Of a DNA stretch of 64,000 nt, positions 16,859 through 31,328 are shown piece by piece. The notes beneath the pieces were generated by a model that worked only from the letters and a program-made list of their open reading frames with translations, had not been told where the DNA came from and did no database searches. Location of the stretch: contig OZ024741.1 of NCBI GenBank assembly GCA_964016885.1, forward strand, positions 363,940,001-364,004,000. The letters are read 5' to 3'. This DNA comes from Eledone cirrhosa. Taxonomy: Eukaryota. Numbering within the stretch: the first letter of the stretch is position 1; each line of letters starts with the position of its first letter. The position numbers and the translations under genes were made by a program.

Positions 16859-17611
16859 ATGCGAACGACAAAGCATAAATGAATTGAGAGAGAGACTGAG
16901 CATAAGAGGAATCAAATGCTGTGTGCAGGAGAGGCGGTTGCGTTGGTATGGACTTGTGATGCGTATGAAGGATGACAGCTGCATAAAAAGGTGCAGAGCA
17001 CTAGAAGTCAATGGAAACCGCGGAGTGGGGAGACCCAAGAAGGATGAGGTGATAAAAGCCGACCTTACCCAATTACACCTCTCAAAGGCAATGACACACG
17101 ACCGTGACCTCCCATGGGTACAAGCTGAAGCATATAGACAATATGCCCCCAAACCCTCCCACTGCAAGGTGGTCGTGGAGGTGCCACGGCAAAAAAGCAC
17201 CCAACCCTCACTGTAAAGTGGACATGTAGGCGCCACGGAAAAAAAGCACCCAGCACTCATTGTAAATGAGGTTGGTGTTAGGAAGGGCATCCAGCTGTAG
17301 AAATCAAGCCAGAATCAGTTCCCATCCCACCCTTGCAAGCAGAGAAAAGCAGATGTAAAAAAATGATGATGATGATGATGATGATACATACAGTGTACCC
17401 TGGATTAGCGGTCTCGGTTATTCGCGGAATTTTCCCTAGAACTTAACTAATAATTGTTCGTGGAAACCATCACATATCCGTAGAAATCAAGCCAAAATCA
17501 GTTCCTGTATGAGCAAGGCATGGTCAGCCGACCAGACACTGCCCACAACAGGACAACCCGTCCAACCCATGCTAGCATGGAAGAACGGACGTAAAACGAT
17601 GATGATGATGA
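16859..17611 (+). mobile_element. RTE LINE 3' fragment with chimeric 3' region
   Basis: LRERLSIRGIKCCVQERRLRWYG...GRPK, closely similar to 59060-59320. Two (GAT)n tails at ~17364 and ~17598. Confidence 0.88.
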
Positions 17612-19218
17612 CTAAATATGAGTAGGCTGGTCCTGAAAATCTTAAGTGAATGGATGGGTGTAACACATACACATAATATTTATAGTTAATGAAGGTTTTA
17701 ACATATTGCAAGGCTATTATGCAACCAAATTAATTAATATCTGTGGCTAAGTGCTTTATTAGATCTTAAAGTTATGGTAAATCATAACAATTCTGTTAAA
17801 CAGCTACAAGAGTTAATTATTTTGCTCAGATATTTGCAATATGCAAACACTATGCAACAGAGTCTGCAGCAAGCTACAAACTGTTAAATAATGAGCCAGA
17901 TGTATGACTGTAACTTTATTCACATGATCACTTGATACTGCATCATTTTTTTTTTCCATCAACATCATTTTTCTATGCTAGAATTCTGTGTGTAGAGTGG
18001 ATACAGCATATCCCTGCGTGCCATAAAAGACAGAAATTGCTGGCCTTGTGCCGAAATTAGAAACATTATTTAGATGCAGATTATTAAAGCACCAAACAAA
18101 ATACTCTGTGGGATTTAGTTATGGTCCGATAGATTCTGAGTCTAAATAATGATTTCTAATTTAGGCACAAGTCCAGCAATTCATGGTGGTAGTCAGGGAT
18201 TACTGCCAGCAAGGACATATGGCTGTCAAACATTGCCTCAGAAAGGACCTCATGCTAAGTATGAAGGACAATCTTTGTCTTGCAGACTTTGTTATGGAGA
18301 GAGCCTTGTTGATGCTGAATCCTAGCATTTATGATCTTAAAAATATTAGTTGTATGTTGTTCATATTTGGTGGAGAAGCTTGTTGTGGTGTCCACAAAGC
18401 TAGGCTTTAGCTGGAATTCTAGACTTAAAACATTTATTTTTTCTTGCTGGCATGTATTAGATGAAACCCTTGTCCATTAGATAGGGTAGTTATCTTTTCA
18501 TGTCAAACCACTAACCCACAAGGAATACTGTTATATTTATCTAAAAACTTTCCAACATAATTTCGTGCAAAAACTTTTAAGTTATGTTCCGAATATCAAC
18601 TTAATAAGAAAATCCTTTTACTAAACCCCTTTAAATTCTTAATTATTTTCAAAATTCATCAAAAACCATACAGCAGTGTCTTTCATTAGAAACATGCTAA
18701 TGAATAGATCCATCTAGAGTTCACAACTATTATACATATATATTTTTTTCTTGTGGAATTTAAAGTTTTACAACCAACCCAACCCATGGAATAAAGAATG
18801 TAAAATGATGTCAATGAGTTAAACTTGTGCATTCATCAGTATCTATCTCAAAACTAACTGAACAAGTTTCTTAACTTTTTAGTAAAGTTGAAACTGAATG
18901 ACATAAGTAAGTCATTGAAACAAATGATATATTTACCATTGTTTTAATGGGATAAACTGGATTGGTTTCATGATGATTGCTCATTCTGTTATTTCTAGCT
19001 AACATCACTATGAAGAACAAGTTATATGTGTGTAAACAAACCATTAATAATATACCTTAACAGAATGATATTTCTAGCCTTGATTTAATTGTGTACTGTA
19101 ATATAAAGAATGTCCTTATTGCAACTAATCTCATTTTACTATGTTTCTCTCCGTAGTCTTTTAGTTGTTCACTGGTTTTTAGTCATTAGATTGCAGCTAT
19201 GCTAAGGTACCACCTTAA

Positions 19219-19416
19219 CCCTTTAGCATTTACATTACTCTAAATATACTTTTATATTTTCACGGTAATTATCCCACATAATATTGAATCTGAGATTTTG
19301 ATATATATTTTTAGAACAATACCTTAACATTGGTATGAGTGACCAGTTACGGCTGGTTTGAACAGAAAGAGGTGAGAAAATTCTGGCTGGATATGGCCAG
19401 TTTAAATGCTAACGGG
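19219..19416. mobile_element. piggyBac-like MITE inserted in a SINE
   Basis: TTAA|CCCTTTAGCATTTA ... TAAATGCTAACGGG|TTAA: TIRs with a TTAA target-site duplication. Confidence 0.85.
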
Positions 19417-20271
19417 TTAATGTTGATCCCAGTGCTTATTTTTTCAAGTCTGGTATTTATTTAATATCATTTTGTCAAACCATTAAATTACAGGATATAC
19501 ACACACACACATACAAATGTAAACACAAATAAGGACACACTCACAATCATCTTCTGCAGTTTATGTTTACCAAATTTCACTCAGAAAGTAGTGATCAACC
19601 CAAATCTACAGTAAAAGACACGTTTCCAAGGTGCTATGTTATGTAACTGAACACAAAAATGGTGTGGTTTTAAAGCAAACTCCTTAACCACAGCCATGCA
19701 TGCATTTATGAATAGTTTTTTTTTTTTTGTTTTTTCTTTACTTCACTCATCTAATCTGAAATAATTTAAGATTTGATTTAACACCTCTTTGTTAGTGTAT
19801 TTCTTATATATATAAAAAAAATATGATTTTAAAATAATTTTGAAAAATTTAGAATTTAATAATAGAGCTAATTTTCTTATTAAGCTGGGCTTTGGAACAC
19901 AACTTAAAGTTTTTTTACATAAAATTATGATGAAAAGTTTTTAGATAAATATAAATACTTTAAAATAAAAACATTGTAGAACCAGGTTATGGCAGTTTGG
20001 TATCACAAGAGTTAACCCTTTCATTGCCTTATTTCTAATGAAAGATACTGCTTATAAATTTCAAATGATTATCAAATTAATTGAGAATTTGCAGGGATCT
20101 GGTAATATAACTAACTTTTTCATTATTGAGCTTGTGTTTCAAACATAAATGTTCTTACATAAAATTGTGTTGGAAGGCTTTTAGATAAAATAAATAACTT
20201 TGAATATGAAGAATTACTTTAGTTCAGATTGACAGTAAAATGATTTAGAATTTAATTAACAGCAAAATCTT

Positions 20272-20306
<35 letters not shown>

Positions 20307-20339
20307 TACACGCACATATATATATATACATGTATTATT

Positions 20340-20516
20340 GATGGATGTGAGAAAAGATAGTCAATATTGAAGTAGAGTTTAAATATTCATTTAATGGCTA
20401 AGTGGCGAGCCTTGTTACTCTGGAGTTTCATTTGCACATTCGCAGGATCATCAGACAAGTTGTATGATGATCTTGCGAGTGTGCTGGTGAAACTCCAGAG
20501 TAACCAGGCTCACCAC
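20340..20516 (-). mobile_element. 115-bp imperfect palindrome (20402-20516) plus ~60-nt tail; putative Penelope-like pLTR remnant
   Basis: Arms pair around the G at 20459; contains a hammerhead motif; flanked by TA/TG microsatellites. Confidence 0.7.
20411..20459 (-). ncRNA. Type-I hammerhead ribozyme-like motif (decayed mirror copy on + at 20460-20507)
   Basis: Minus strand CTTGT-CTGATGA-TCCTGCGAATGTGCAAAT-GAAA-CTCCAGAG-TA-ACAAG: 5-bp stem I, intact cores, short stem III, GUA triplet, partly eroded stem II. Confidence 0.7.
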
Positions 20517-22156
20517 AGAGTGTATGTGTGTGTGAAAAGTCAACAAGAAAAAACAACACAGGAGAACAATATAATACAATTATGATATATTAACGCTTGA
20601 TATAAATGGAAAAGGCCCTTTACATTGACAAATGTCAGCCCTTCATTAGAAAATTATATATATGCATTGATGTGTGTGTGTGTGTATACATGCCCAATCC
20701 ACCCAGTAAAGTGATTGTTTTGGTGCCATGATAAAAAGCACCCTGTCCACACTGTAAATGTAGTTGGCGTTAGAAAGGGCGTCCAGCCATAGAAACCAAG
20801 CCAGAAACGGTTCTGTATGAGCAAAACATAGTCATCTGATATGACTTGGCTCACAACGAGACAACCCGTCTAACCCATGTTAAACAGTGATGATGATTGT
20901 ATATATATATATCTTGTGGTTATTACAAATCAAGAAACTTTAAATGTAAGTCAAAAACAAGAAAACAAAAAATATATGAAATGATGGCTGTTCCACACTA
21001 GAGCATTTAATAAGACAATGTGTGTGTGCCTGTCTGTGTTTGTGTGTATGTGGGTGCAAAAATTCAAAAGTTTATGTATATACATATATGTGAAAAAGTG
21101 AAGTCTGTAATGAACTAGAATATAATACCATTTTCATATACTGAAAACAATATAAATGAAAAGAAATTCAATAACATTAGTCATAGGAATGGCCATATGG
21201 TTAAGGAGTTCACTTTACAACTATGTAGTTTTGAGTTCAGTCCCACTGTGTCACACCTTAGGCAAGTGTCTTCTACTATTCCTTCAGGTTGACCAATGCC
21301 CTATGAATGAAATTTGATAAACAGAAATTCTATAGACACGAGTGTCTCCCCCCCCCCTCCCTGAACTTAACAGAAACAAACAGAAATTGTTAAGATAAGT
21401 AACAGAGGGATGATACATAGAGGTATATATGAGTGTCCATGCTTATGTTTATTCTTTATGTCCTGATTTTTATTGGTTCAACAAAAATAGATCAATAAAA
21501 TAAATACCAGTCTTGTAAAAAAAAAAAAATTATAATAATAAAAAAAGAAAGAAAAACACCTACAGCGCCCCAACATGGCTACAGTCTGATGATTGAAACC
21601 ATTAAGAGAATAAAAGACTAAATTTTCCTTTGGAAGTAAACAGTGAAGAAAAGAAAATAATATTGAAGAACAGTAAATTATTTTATTACACTAACAATTT
21701 ATCTTCCAACATGGTTGGAATTGGTTTTGAAAAAAGCCCCAGCATGGCTGCAGTCTAGTGGTTAAAACCAGTAAAAAAAAATAAAATAAAAGAACAACAA
21801 AAACAGCCATAGCATTTTACATAAAATGCTGACATTCTCAGAGGTTACTAAAATAACATTATCGTTGCCAAAGCTAGTTATGAAGTACATGAACTCATTA
21901 AGGTAATTAGCAGATTATATGAGAAGTATAATCCCATTAACTTAATACATATAGCAGAAAGCTTGTTACAACTCATAAATCAGAGAGTGATATATTTATA
22001 GAAGACAAAAAGCTAGTGGAAACAATTCTATATAAAATATGATTTTTATGAGTTTCACTGGCTTTATACTGTTGATATTGTAAGAGGGGAGAAGGAGAAT
22101 GAGATTGTAAGTGAAAAAGAGAAAGAGAATGAGTGATAGAGAATAAGTGAGAGTAT

Positions 22157-22450
22157 GAGAGAGAGAGAGAAGTGGAGAATGAGAGAGAGAGAAGTGGAGA
22201 ATGAGAGAGAGAGAAGTGGAGAATGAGAGAGAGAGAAGTGGAGAATGGGAGAGAGAGAAGTGGAGAATGAGAGAGAGAGAAGTGGAGAATGAGAGAGAGA
22301 GAAGTGGAGAACGAGAGAGAGAGAAGTGGAGAACGAGAGAGAGAGAAGTGGAGAACGAGAGAGAGAGAAGTGGAGAACGAGAGAGAGAGAAGTGGAGAAC
22401 GAGAGAGAGAGAAGTGGAGAACGAGAGAGAGAGAAGTGGAGAACGAGAGA
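22157..22450. repeat. 22-bp purine-rich minisatellite (GAGAGAGAGAGAAGTGGAGAAY)n
   Basis: About 13 units; T-variant units on the left, C-variant units on the right. Confidence 0.93.
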
Positions 22451-23230
22451 TAGTAAGTAGTAATAACATCTCCTTCAAAATCACACCTCACAATTTTAAA
22501 TACAGAGGGACATATTGGATAGTGTAGACTAAAATATCCCCACTAAAAAGATGAGATAGTCATGGTTAGAAGGAAGACCTTTGATGATGATAGTTGTAAG
22601 CAATAAGATAAATATTCCTTGTGATACCAACTTCTAATAATCATTTCTGATTTAGGTATAAGGCCAGTAATTTGGGTTTGCAACAAGGCTGACCCTTCTA
22701 ATTACAGGTACACTCCAGCTGACAGGCTTCTAAATAGACTTGGGACAACTTCAGACTATAGCAAACGACACCTGCCAAAGATGCCATGCAGTGGCATTGG
22801 ACCTGGGTATGTGTAATTACAAAGCAAACTTCACTATTCAGTCATGCTATGTTCACACACTACAAGGTTTTGCACAGTTTTTGTCAACAAGTATACTCCC
22901 ACTGTATTGGTCCATCCAAGGTTGCTATAGAAGGAGACACTTCCCCAAGGTACTGCAAAGTGGTTGCAATGTGAACTTCTTTACAAAGCTGTAATATATA
23001 TTTTCTTATGATGCAGTGATAAAATTATTCTACACAATCACAGCATATCTTCCTCATATATCTTCCGCATATCTATACCTCATCATAATACATAAATAAA
23101 AAATAAGCAACAACAAGCATTTAACCTTTTGATAGCAAACTGCTTGAAACCACCATGGTTTTAAGATACAAAGCTGTTTTTCAAATGCTTTATAAAGTTG
23201 TTCTAAGTCAATCGACTTTTTTTTTTTTTT

Positions 23231-23420
23231 TTTTGTCAAATCGGACCGAGGAAACGATGTTTCCATTGGTCTTTCTGATTGCTAATACTATCTATCGGTC
23301 GCAACTCCAGGTAGAAGGAGCAACGTGAAATAAAGTGTCTTGCCCAAGGACATAACGCATCGCCTGGTCCGGGAATCAAACTTACAACCTCACGATTGTG
23401 AATCCAATTCTCTAACCACT
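23231..23420 (-). mobile_element. tRNA-derived SINE (same family as 15931-16075)
   Basis: Minus-strand head AGTGGTTAGAG...GTTTGATTCCCGGACCAGGCGATGCG; shared body. Confidence 0.75.
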
Positions 23421-26400
23421 AAATACAAGCTAAATAAGAAAGTCATTTTACTAAATCCTTCAAATTCTTTATTTTCAAAATTATTTGGAAATTATAGTCT
23501 TTCATTAGAAATATGGTTACAAATGAGGTCATTTTCATTGATAAATCCTTGTCATGATCTTGTAAGGATCATGACAAGCTTCTCCATTTTGTCATATTAT
23601 CTGCATTCACCCTCACCAACCTCCTGGCTTTTATTTCTTCCTCTATCATATTTCGCCATATCTTTTTGGTCTTCACTTTCTTCCACGTTCATTTCAAACT
23701 CTCCTCTCATCCAGTCACTTTCATCTTTCTTCAACAGCAACACGTGACCACAAAATAAATGAAATGATAAAGCAACATTTGCAGATAGCAGGAAAAAGTA
23801 TGTCTATAATGAAAAATGGAAAAGAACATTCTGTGCCAAGTGTCAAATAACATAGCAGTGGGTCTCTGTTAGATTCTCTAATTGATTTCAGTTGTTAGAC
23901 TGCGGCCGTGCCTTGATTTTAGTCAATCATATCAACCCCAGTATGTAATTTTCAAGTCTAGTACATATTTTATCTAGTTTCATTTTCGGTGAACCATTAA
24001 GTTATGGGACGTAAACACAGACATATATATGGTGGGCTTCTGCAGTTTCCATCTACCAAATTCCACTCACTTGGCACTGGTCAACTTGAGGCTATAGTAG
24101 AAGACACTTGACTACGGCATTGTACAGTAGGATTGGACCCAGAACCACATAGCTATGAAGCAAACTCCTTAGTAACACAGTGATGCTGGCACCTATGGGG
24201 TGCAAAGTTAACCCTTTTGTTGCCCCATTTCTTTGTTTCATAGAATCAGGGCCAGTTTCATCTGGGTTGGTATAAAAAAGGTTAATGTCTCTTAAGAGAG
24301 ATAAACGGAAGTCTGGTGGTGCTAACAAGTATTTCATGAATTGATTTTCCTCATAAATACCTAACATTTCAGAAATATCAGGTTTAACATCCTTCAGAAA
24401 GAAACATTTTCTCATGAAAATCAAAAATAATAAAATCTCCTTTAGTCTTTCTCTTCTCTCCCACCATACTCGCATGCATTTTACTTAAACTATTAAGTTT
24501 ATACATATTTATATACATATTTACACAACAAATAGGAGGTTGTGGTGGTCTACTTTAAATATTGTTTACTTCCTCTTTTATGATAAACACTACTACTTCT
24601 CTCTCTAAGCACATATTCTTTCCCCCTGTCTACATATGTGTGTACATTCTGAATGAAATGAGGTGCAACCAGCTGTAAAAGACTTGATCTAGTCACACCT
24701 ACCATGAAATATTTTTTTAGACAATCATTCTAACTTATGAATGGTAAATGTGAATGAAATAAGGATTATGATGATAATGGTATAACTATGATATTGCAAT
24801 GTTAATTCAGTATCAACAATTTTACTTGATCATAATTGAAAATATTGCAGATATACAATATTCTTTTGTACATTTATTGATTTCAGTCATCAGACTGCAG
24901 CCATGTTGGGACACTGAATTGAAAGCTATAGTTGATCATATTGACTCTAGTACTTATTTTTATCAAATCTGGAATAAATTTTAACTATCTCTTTTATCAA
25001 ACCACTAAGTTATAGGGCATAAACAAGCAAACACACACACACACATACATAGATACACACATAACAGGCTTCCATACAGTTTCTGTCTACCAAATTTCAC
25101 TTTCAAGGTATTGGTCGACACAAGGTTATAGTAATTAATACTTGCCCAAGGTGCCACAACCATATCTGCACCTATGTTTACACTAACAAGATTGGTGTAA
25201 ACAATATTTACAATGTTGTTAGATGTTAGATAAACCTTCCCTCATAATTTTCGGTAATAATCTTTAAGTTATGTTCTAAACACCAACTAAATGAGAGAGT
25301 TAGTTATATTGTTAAATTTGTCCCAAACCTCAACTAATTTCAAAATTATGTGAAAAATCATATGCAGTGTTTTTCATTAGAAATATGATGACAAAAGGAT
25401 TAATTGAATGGAAGTCAAAGTTCATCTTCTATAGGATGCAGATAGAATTTTCTCTTCTCTCTAACTAGATAGACTAAGATAGCTCAGAGTATCTTGATTA
25501 CAAGTACAGCAACAATGCCTGCAGCAGAATATGAATTCCTAACCTGTGAGCCAGTCAAGAGCTACTTCACCTCTCATAATTAAATTCTTAAATGTTGAGC
25601 CAATATGGAAGTTTGGATAATTGTAGTCCAAGATATATTAGGCAAAATTCTACATGTTCTTGTGAATAGATGGAGAAAAATAACATGAAACTATGATTAT
25701 GAAAAGTATAGGCAAAATGTCCTGGTGAACTCTTGAGCAAAACTAATTGAAATTTACAGTTCACATACAAGGTTCCTTGAGTGTTTAAATGATAGGGGCC
25801 CAATCCTATCTTGAAAGGCAACATAAAATGAAATGTCTTGCTCAAGAACACAATATACCACCTGTTCTAGGAATCAAACCTATGGCCTTACGATTGTGAG
25901 TCCGACACCTTAAGTACTGGGCCAAGTATCTTCAGTACTCTTAAGAAAACCTTGTCTTAATTTGAGATTAATTCAAAGTACATAGAGTTGAAACCATTAA
26001 AAAGAAACAGAATTGAAGACCTAAGCAGTTATCATTCTAAGTGGATTGACAAGCTAATTGCAGCCTTTATAAAATAAACCATTTAACCTTTTTGATAAAC
26101 CAGCCCCTATTCTATGATACAAAACTAGGTATCTTAAAGTGTTTACACTTATCTAAAAACTTACTACCATAATTTAATAACTTTTGTTAAGTTATGTTCC
26201 AAACACTATATAAATGAGAAAGTTATATTTAGTTTCTTCCAGATTCTTCTTTTCAAAATTACAGGCAGTATTTTTCATTATATATAAGGTAACAAAAGGA
26301 TTAAAACGTGTGGAATTAGTAATGCCCCTGATGTAACAGAAGATAGTGGACAATTTATATAAACAGAAATGCTGATAATTTTTTTCAGGTTTTGATGACA

Positions 26401-29400
26401 AGGAAAAATTATCAAGTGTTGAATATTTATTTTTATTTTTTTACACTGAACAATCATGTTTTGTTTTGCCCATTCACTTATTGTGTTAAGTGAGACTAAC
26501 ACTGAAGTTATTTTATGTTACTAGATCTTTGTGTATTCATGGTTACCAGGTATTTAATTGTAAAGGGCCGTTTTCTGCTATACTGATCTGCATTATTGTC
26601 AATAGAAAAGACTGATCTCTCTCTCACACACATACACACATATATAAGAAAGATTCCCTAGTCCTAAGCAGCTTTTGCATGTACAGCATTGATGTATGAT
26701 CTTTTAATTGTAAAGGTCTTTTTTTGTTATGCTGATCTGCAGCTTTACGTTCAATAGAAAATAGAGGTTGCTGACTTTTTATATATAATGTTTTTTTTTT
26801 TTGCAATAGCTAAGCAGCTTTTGCATGCATTGATGTAGGAGGATATTTCAATTGCAAATGGCTTCTTTAAAAGCATTCACATTTTCTCTGTCAATATTCA
26901 TAGTCATAATCATTATCAGGTGATGTCAACATGTGGTGTATGATAGTTTTACTGTAAAATACTTCTTTTAACCTTTTCATTTCCACATTTCAGAAGAATG
27001 ACACTGCCTATAATTTTCAAATCATTTTGAAAATAATCAGGAATCTGAATGGTTTTAGTATATAACTAACTTTCTCATTATTAAGCTTGTATTTGGAATA
27101 TAGCTTAACAAAAGTTCTTACATAAAATTATCATAGGTTTTTATATAAACACTTTAAAATAAACGTATTGTTAAACTATGGGTGATTTCAGGCAATTTAA
27201 TTGCAAAAGAGTTAAACTACTTGTTTTTCTGGGATAAATAAAAGCATGCACTGTAATTTTATTTTCATTAAACAGAATACACTATTTTTTTAATGTGGAG
27301 TTGAAAGACAAATGCACAGAATACTTAAATACACTAAATAGTTTTTTTTTCTTGTTATTCTGTAAAAAAATGAAGGGTGTCTTATATGCTAATATATACC
27401 ATCAAATATGGTATGTCCTTTACATACCATACTTATGTCAGTAGCTATGGTAACCTTTATATGGTTTCATTTCTAGAGTCCAATGTACATGACTATATCC
27501 TTGGATATCTATAAATGCAAAAAAAAAAGAATGTTTTGCTTGGTGTAGAAAGATTTCTACAAAATAAATCCAGATTAACTGCTTTCCTAAAGTCTAATAG
27601 GTAAAAGTCTCCAAGTGGCTGCTATGTCAATAAAATGTGTGTACATTTTCTGACCATCATCCATCATTACTATCCATCACTCTCAAACACACTACTTCCT
27701 CCTTTATCTCTTATTGTTGATACTCATCACACCTACTCTCTTCTATCACTGTCTTCTATTACTCTCCCACTCCATCATACCACTCACACTGTTTCTGATC
27801 AATCTCCTTACCAACAATTATCATGTAGCTGTCTATCACTTCCTCTCTCCAGATCTGACCACAGCTGAATGTTTCCAGAAAAAAACAGAAAGTGAGATAG
27901 AAGTGAGAAAGAGATATAGAGGAAGAATCGACCCCAGTATTAGACCAGACTGGTATGCTTTTTTTTATTCACTCCAGAGAGCTGGAGTGAATATGGCAAA
28001 GCTTTCTATCTAACAATATAATGCCTTGTCACCTACTATCTTAAATCTTACTAATGAAATAATTTTATAATTTTAGTAAATTTCTCGAAATTCTACATTA
28101 ATTATTTGAAATAGTCTATTTCATTAGAAACACAGTCACAAAAGAATTAAAGTGTTCGAATTTAGGTTCAAATCCCATTATTACATAACAGACAATGTTA
28201 GATTTCAGTTGTTAAATATTTCTCTTTATTATTAAGTTGAAAGTTATTTCACTAAACCTCTCATAATTTGTATTACTGTCATCAGGAGTTATGGGTTTAT
28301 ACATAGATACACACAACTTAACATATGGTTCATGTATAAAATTATGTTGGAAGATTTCCATTTAAATAAGAACCCTTTAAAATAAGTGTTTTTTTATAGA
28401 GCCAGAACTGGTTTTGGCCAAGTTGTATTAAAAGGGTTAATAGATGTAGTTTAAATCGGCCATATCCGGCCAGAATCCTCTCACCTCTTTCTGTTCAAAT
28501 TGGCTGTAACCAGTTGCTCATACTTATGTTAAAGTATGGTTCTCAAAATAAATAACATCAAAATCGCATAGATTTGATATTATGTGAGATAATGATTTAA
28601 GATAAAGTTTTTACTGTGAAAATATAATAGTAAATATCAAGTAATGCAAGGGTTAAAGGGTTAAAATAACATTTTCAACACAACAAGGTAATTTCAAATG
28701 AAGAAACAAACAGAGAAGATTATGTTGGGTGAAAATATATTCAGATAGTAACTAATACACAATGTCATGAACCATTGAGCTTTAGTTTAATAGCTCAAAT
28801 TCATTATAATTCAATTAGTTGAATTTTGGGTGTGCCCAGATTTTATGGAGGATATAAAATATATCAGGAGATATTTGTTATAAAAACAAGATTATTTTAC
28901 AAGTATTAGTAAGGATGGTATAATATAAAAGGCACAGATGAAACTGTATTATTGTGTTAGCATAACAATACAATGAATAACAGATGACATACAGAGAGAG
29001 AATAGAAACATATACTTACCTCTCAAGGCAATTTGAGAGGTACATAGATAAATAGAATTAATAATTATTCACCTACATTCCAGCTTAGAACATAGAGCTT
29101 TGTCTCTACTTGGTAGTATTTAATATATATATAAACTGTGTTTATCCCGTTTAGAATAGACACACCATATCCCTACATGTTGTAAGAAGCGACTAAAAGT
29201 TAGTGTCAGGAAGAGCATCAAACTGAAAAACATTGCCTCTAAAAGTCCCGTCCAACCCATGCCAGCATGGAAAAGTTGATGCAAAAATGATGATGACTGA
29301 TACCTAGCTACAGTAACTATTGTGGGCCCCAATCTTTTTCAGCCTGATCTATATTTTAACCATTTTAATATCAAACCACATGAAACTATCTACAGTGCAT

Positions 29401-31075
29401 GTTCTGAAGCATTTCTATTTATCTAAACAAAAAACCACCCCTCATGATTTTTGGTAATAACTTTTATTAAATTATGTTCCAAACACCAAATAAATATTGA
29501 TTATAAATAGACACATGCTTTTCAAAAGCTATACAAAGAATATTAATATACTCTGGATACATATATTTTTTATTTTAAAGAAAATATTTAACCTTGTTTT
29601 ATCTCAAAGTAAATTTATCATATGTCTAGCAAGCTAGGAATCTCATGATAGAATATATAATTAAATGCAAACCTGTTATGAAGTGTTTCATTCTATGTTT
29701 GGTACATTAATTTGTGCACACACAAATAATGCTGTATTGAATTATTTTCTCTTCATCTAGTTTTTTTTTTATCTTTAGTGCGTGGTTTTCATTTGTTTTG
29801 TTTTTATAGTAGATTTTATCTTTCAAGTTAAAAGTAAATACTAACTTTATGCTTATATTATTCTTACAACTCATTTCAGGCTATTCCTGTTGTCATTTTA
29901 TTTTTATAAAGACTATTTGATATTTTCTAACTAGTTATTTACTGAGCTCATCTGAACTCTATGACACCAGAGTCATATACATACCAGTCAGTCCTCTACA
30001 TTTGACTAGCTACAAATTATTGCCATACCATAACATCTCTAACATTCTGAACTCTTCTGGACAAAACTTATAATAAAATAAACAGAGGATTTACCAGCTT
30101 TCTCTTTCATTTATATTTTCATCTAAAAAACAAAAAACAAACAAAAATCAATTGTTATAAAACCTAGGTGTGCCAAAATATAACCAGTTTTTTTCTATTG
30201 TTTTAATTCTTTTATATTCAATCTCTCTAGACTTGTAAAGCTTTGGTTTGTTTGGGGTGACACCCTCCAGCAATCTTTATACATAACAGCCTTTCTTGGT
30301 GCTAACTACTCAACTGTGAAGTTGAGCCATTAAACATTGACCTATGTAAAACTACTGGTATTAAAATGTTCAAATTTAAATTCAAACCTTGGACTGAAAT
30401 CTCATTGTTACAGTTCAAATAATATCAGATTTCAGTAGTTAGAGATTTGTCTTTTATAAAATTGAAAGCTATTTATTTTATTCAACCTCTTGTGATCCTT
30501 GATTACTTTGGTAATTAAAGCAGGTATTATAGATTCTTATAGTAAATGTGGTCACAAAAGGGTTAAATTAACCAGTCATTTATGTACTGGGCTCAATTTA
30601 ATATTTCTACAAATCACCTGAAATGTGAATGAAATTATAATAGAATGCTAAGTAAGACCTAGCCAAATGGATTGGGGGAGTTCAAAGAAGATTTGATAAG
30701 TTCAATTGGCTAGAAGAGTAAATATTCCAATATTTTGGAATGATAGGAACCATAATTAGAGTTCACCATAAGTCAAATCATTTTATATGTTAGCATCATA
30801 ATCATTGTTTTAGTGTGTTTTTCTATGCTTGCAGGAGTTAGATGAGTCATCTCCAGTAAAGCTTATTTCCAGTTGTTTTTTGCCTCTGCCCATATCTTTC
30901 TTGGTCTTCCCCTTCCACAGCTTCCTTTCACTTGGAACTCGAAACTCCTGGCACAGGGATCACAGATGTAATAGGGTTGGGAATGTCTTAAAATGTTCAC
31001 TGCCAATGGTTTGTCTATCTGCCCTTCTGTCCGTCCGCCCGCCCGCTCCAGTTCTATCTTTATATATATATATAT

Positions 31076-31328
31076 ATATCACAGAAAAAAGAGAATCAGT
31101 GTTGCGACGAAAGGATCTCGGGCGACCAGCTCGATGCACGATCGATATGGTGGTCACCATATCGATCGTGCCTCGAGCTGGTCGCCCAAGAAACAATTGT
31201 AATATGTCCAATAAATTCCTTTCATCGCAATACTGATTCTCTTTTTTCTGTGGTATCATACTCTGCTCTACGAGGGCATTGAGTGCTGATACGGCCTACC
31301 GCATACAGACGCTTTAAGCATCCAACAC
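31076..31328 (+). mobile_element. Palindromic insertion (31076-31256) with ~25-nt bulge plus ~70-nt tail; putative Penelope-like fold-back
   Basis: Inner arms 31116-31152 / 31155-31191 (2-nt loop), outer arms 31076-31115 / 31217-31256; (TA)n on the left. Confidence 0.6.

Noticed and set aside
21973-22527. S/L-rich and E/R-rich ORFs
   Set aside because: Translations of the 22-bp minisatellite.
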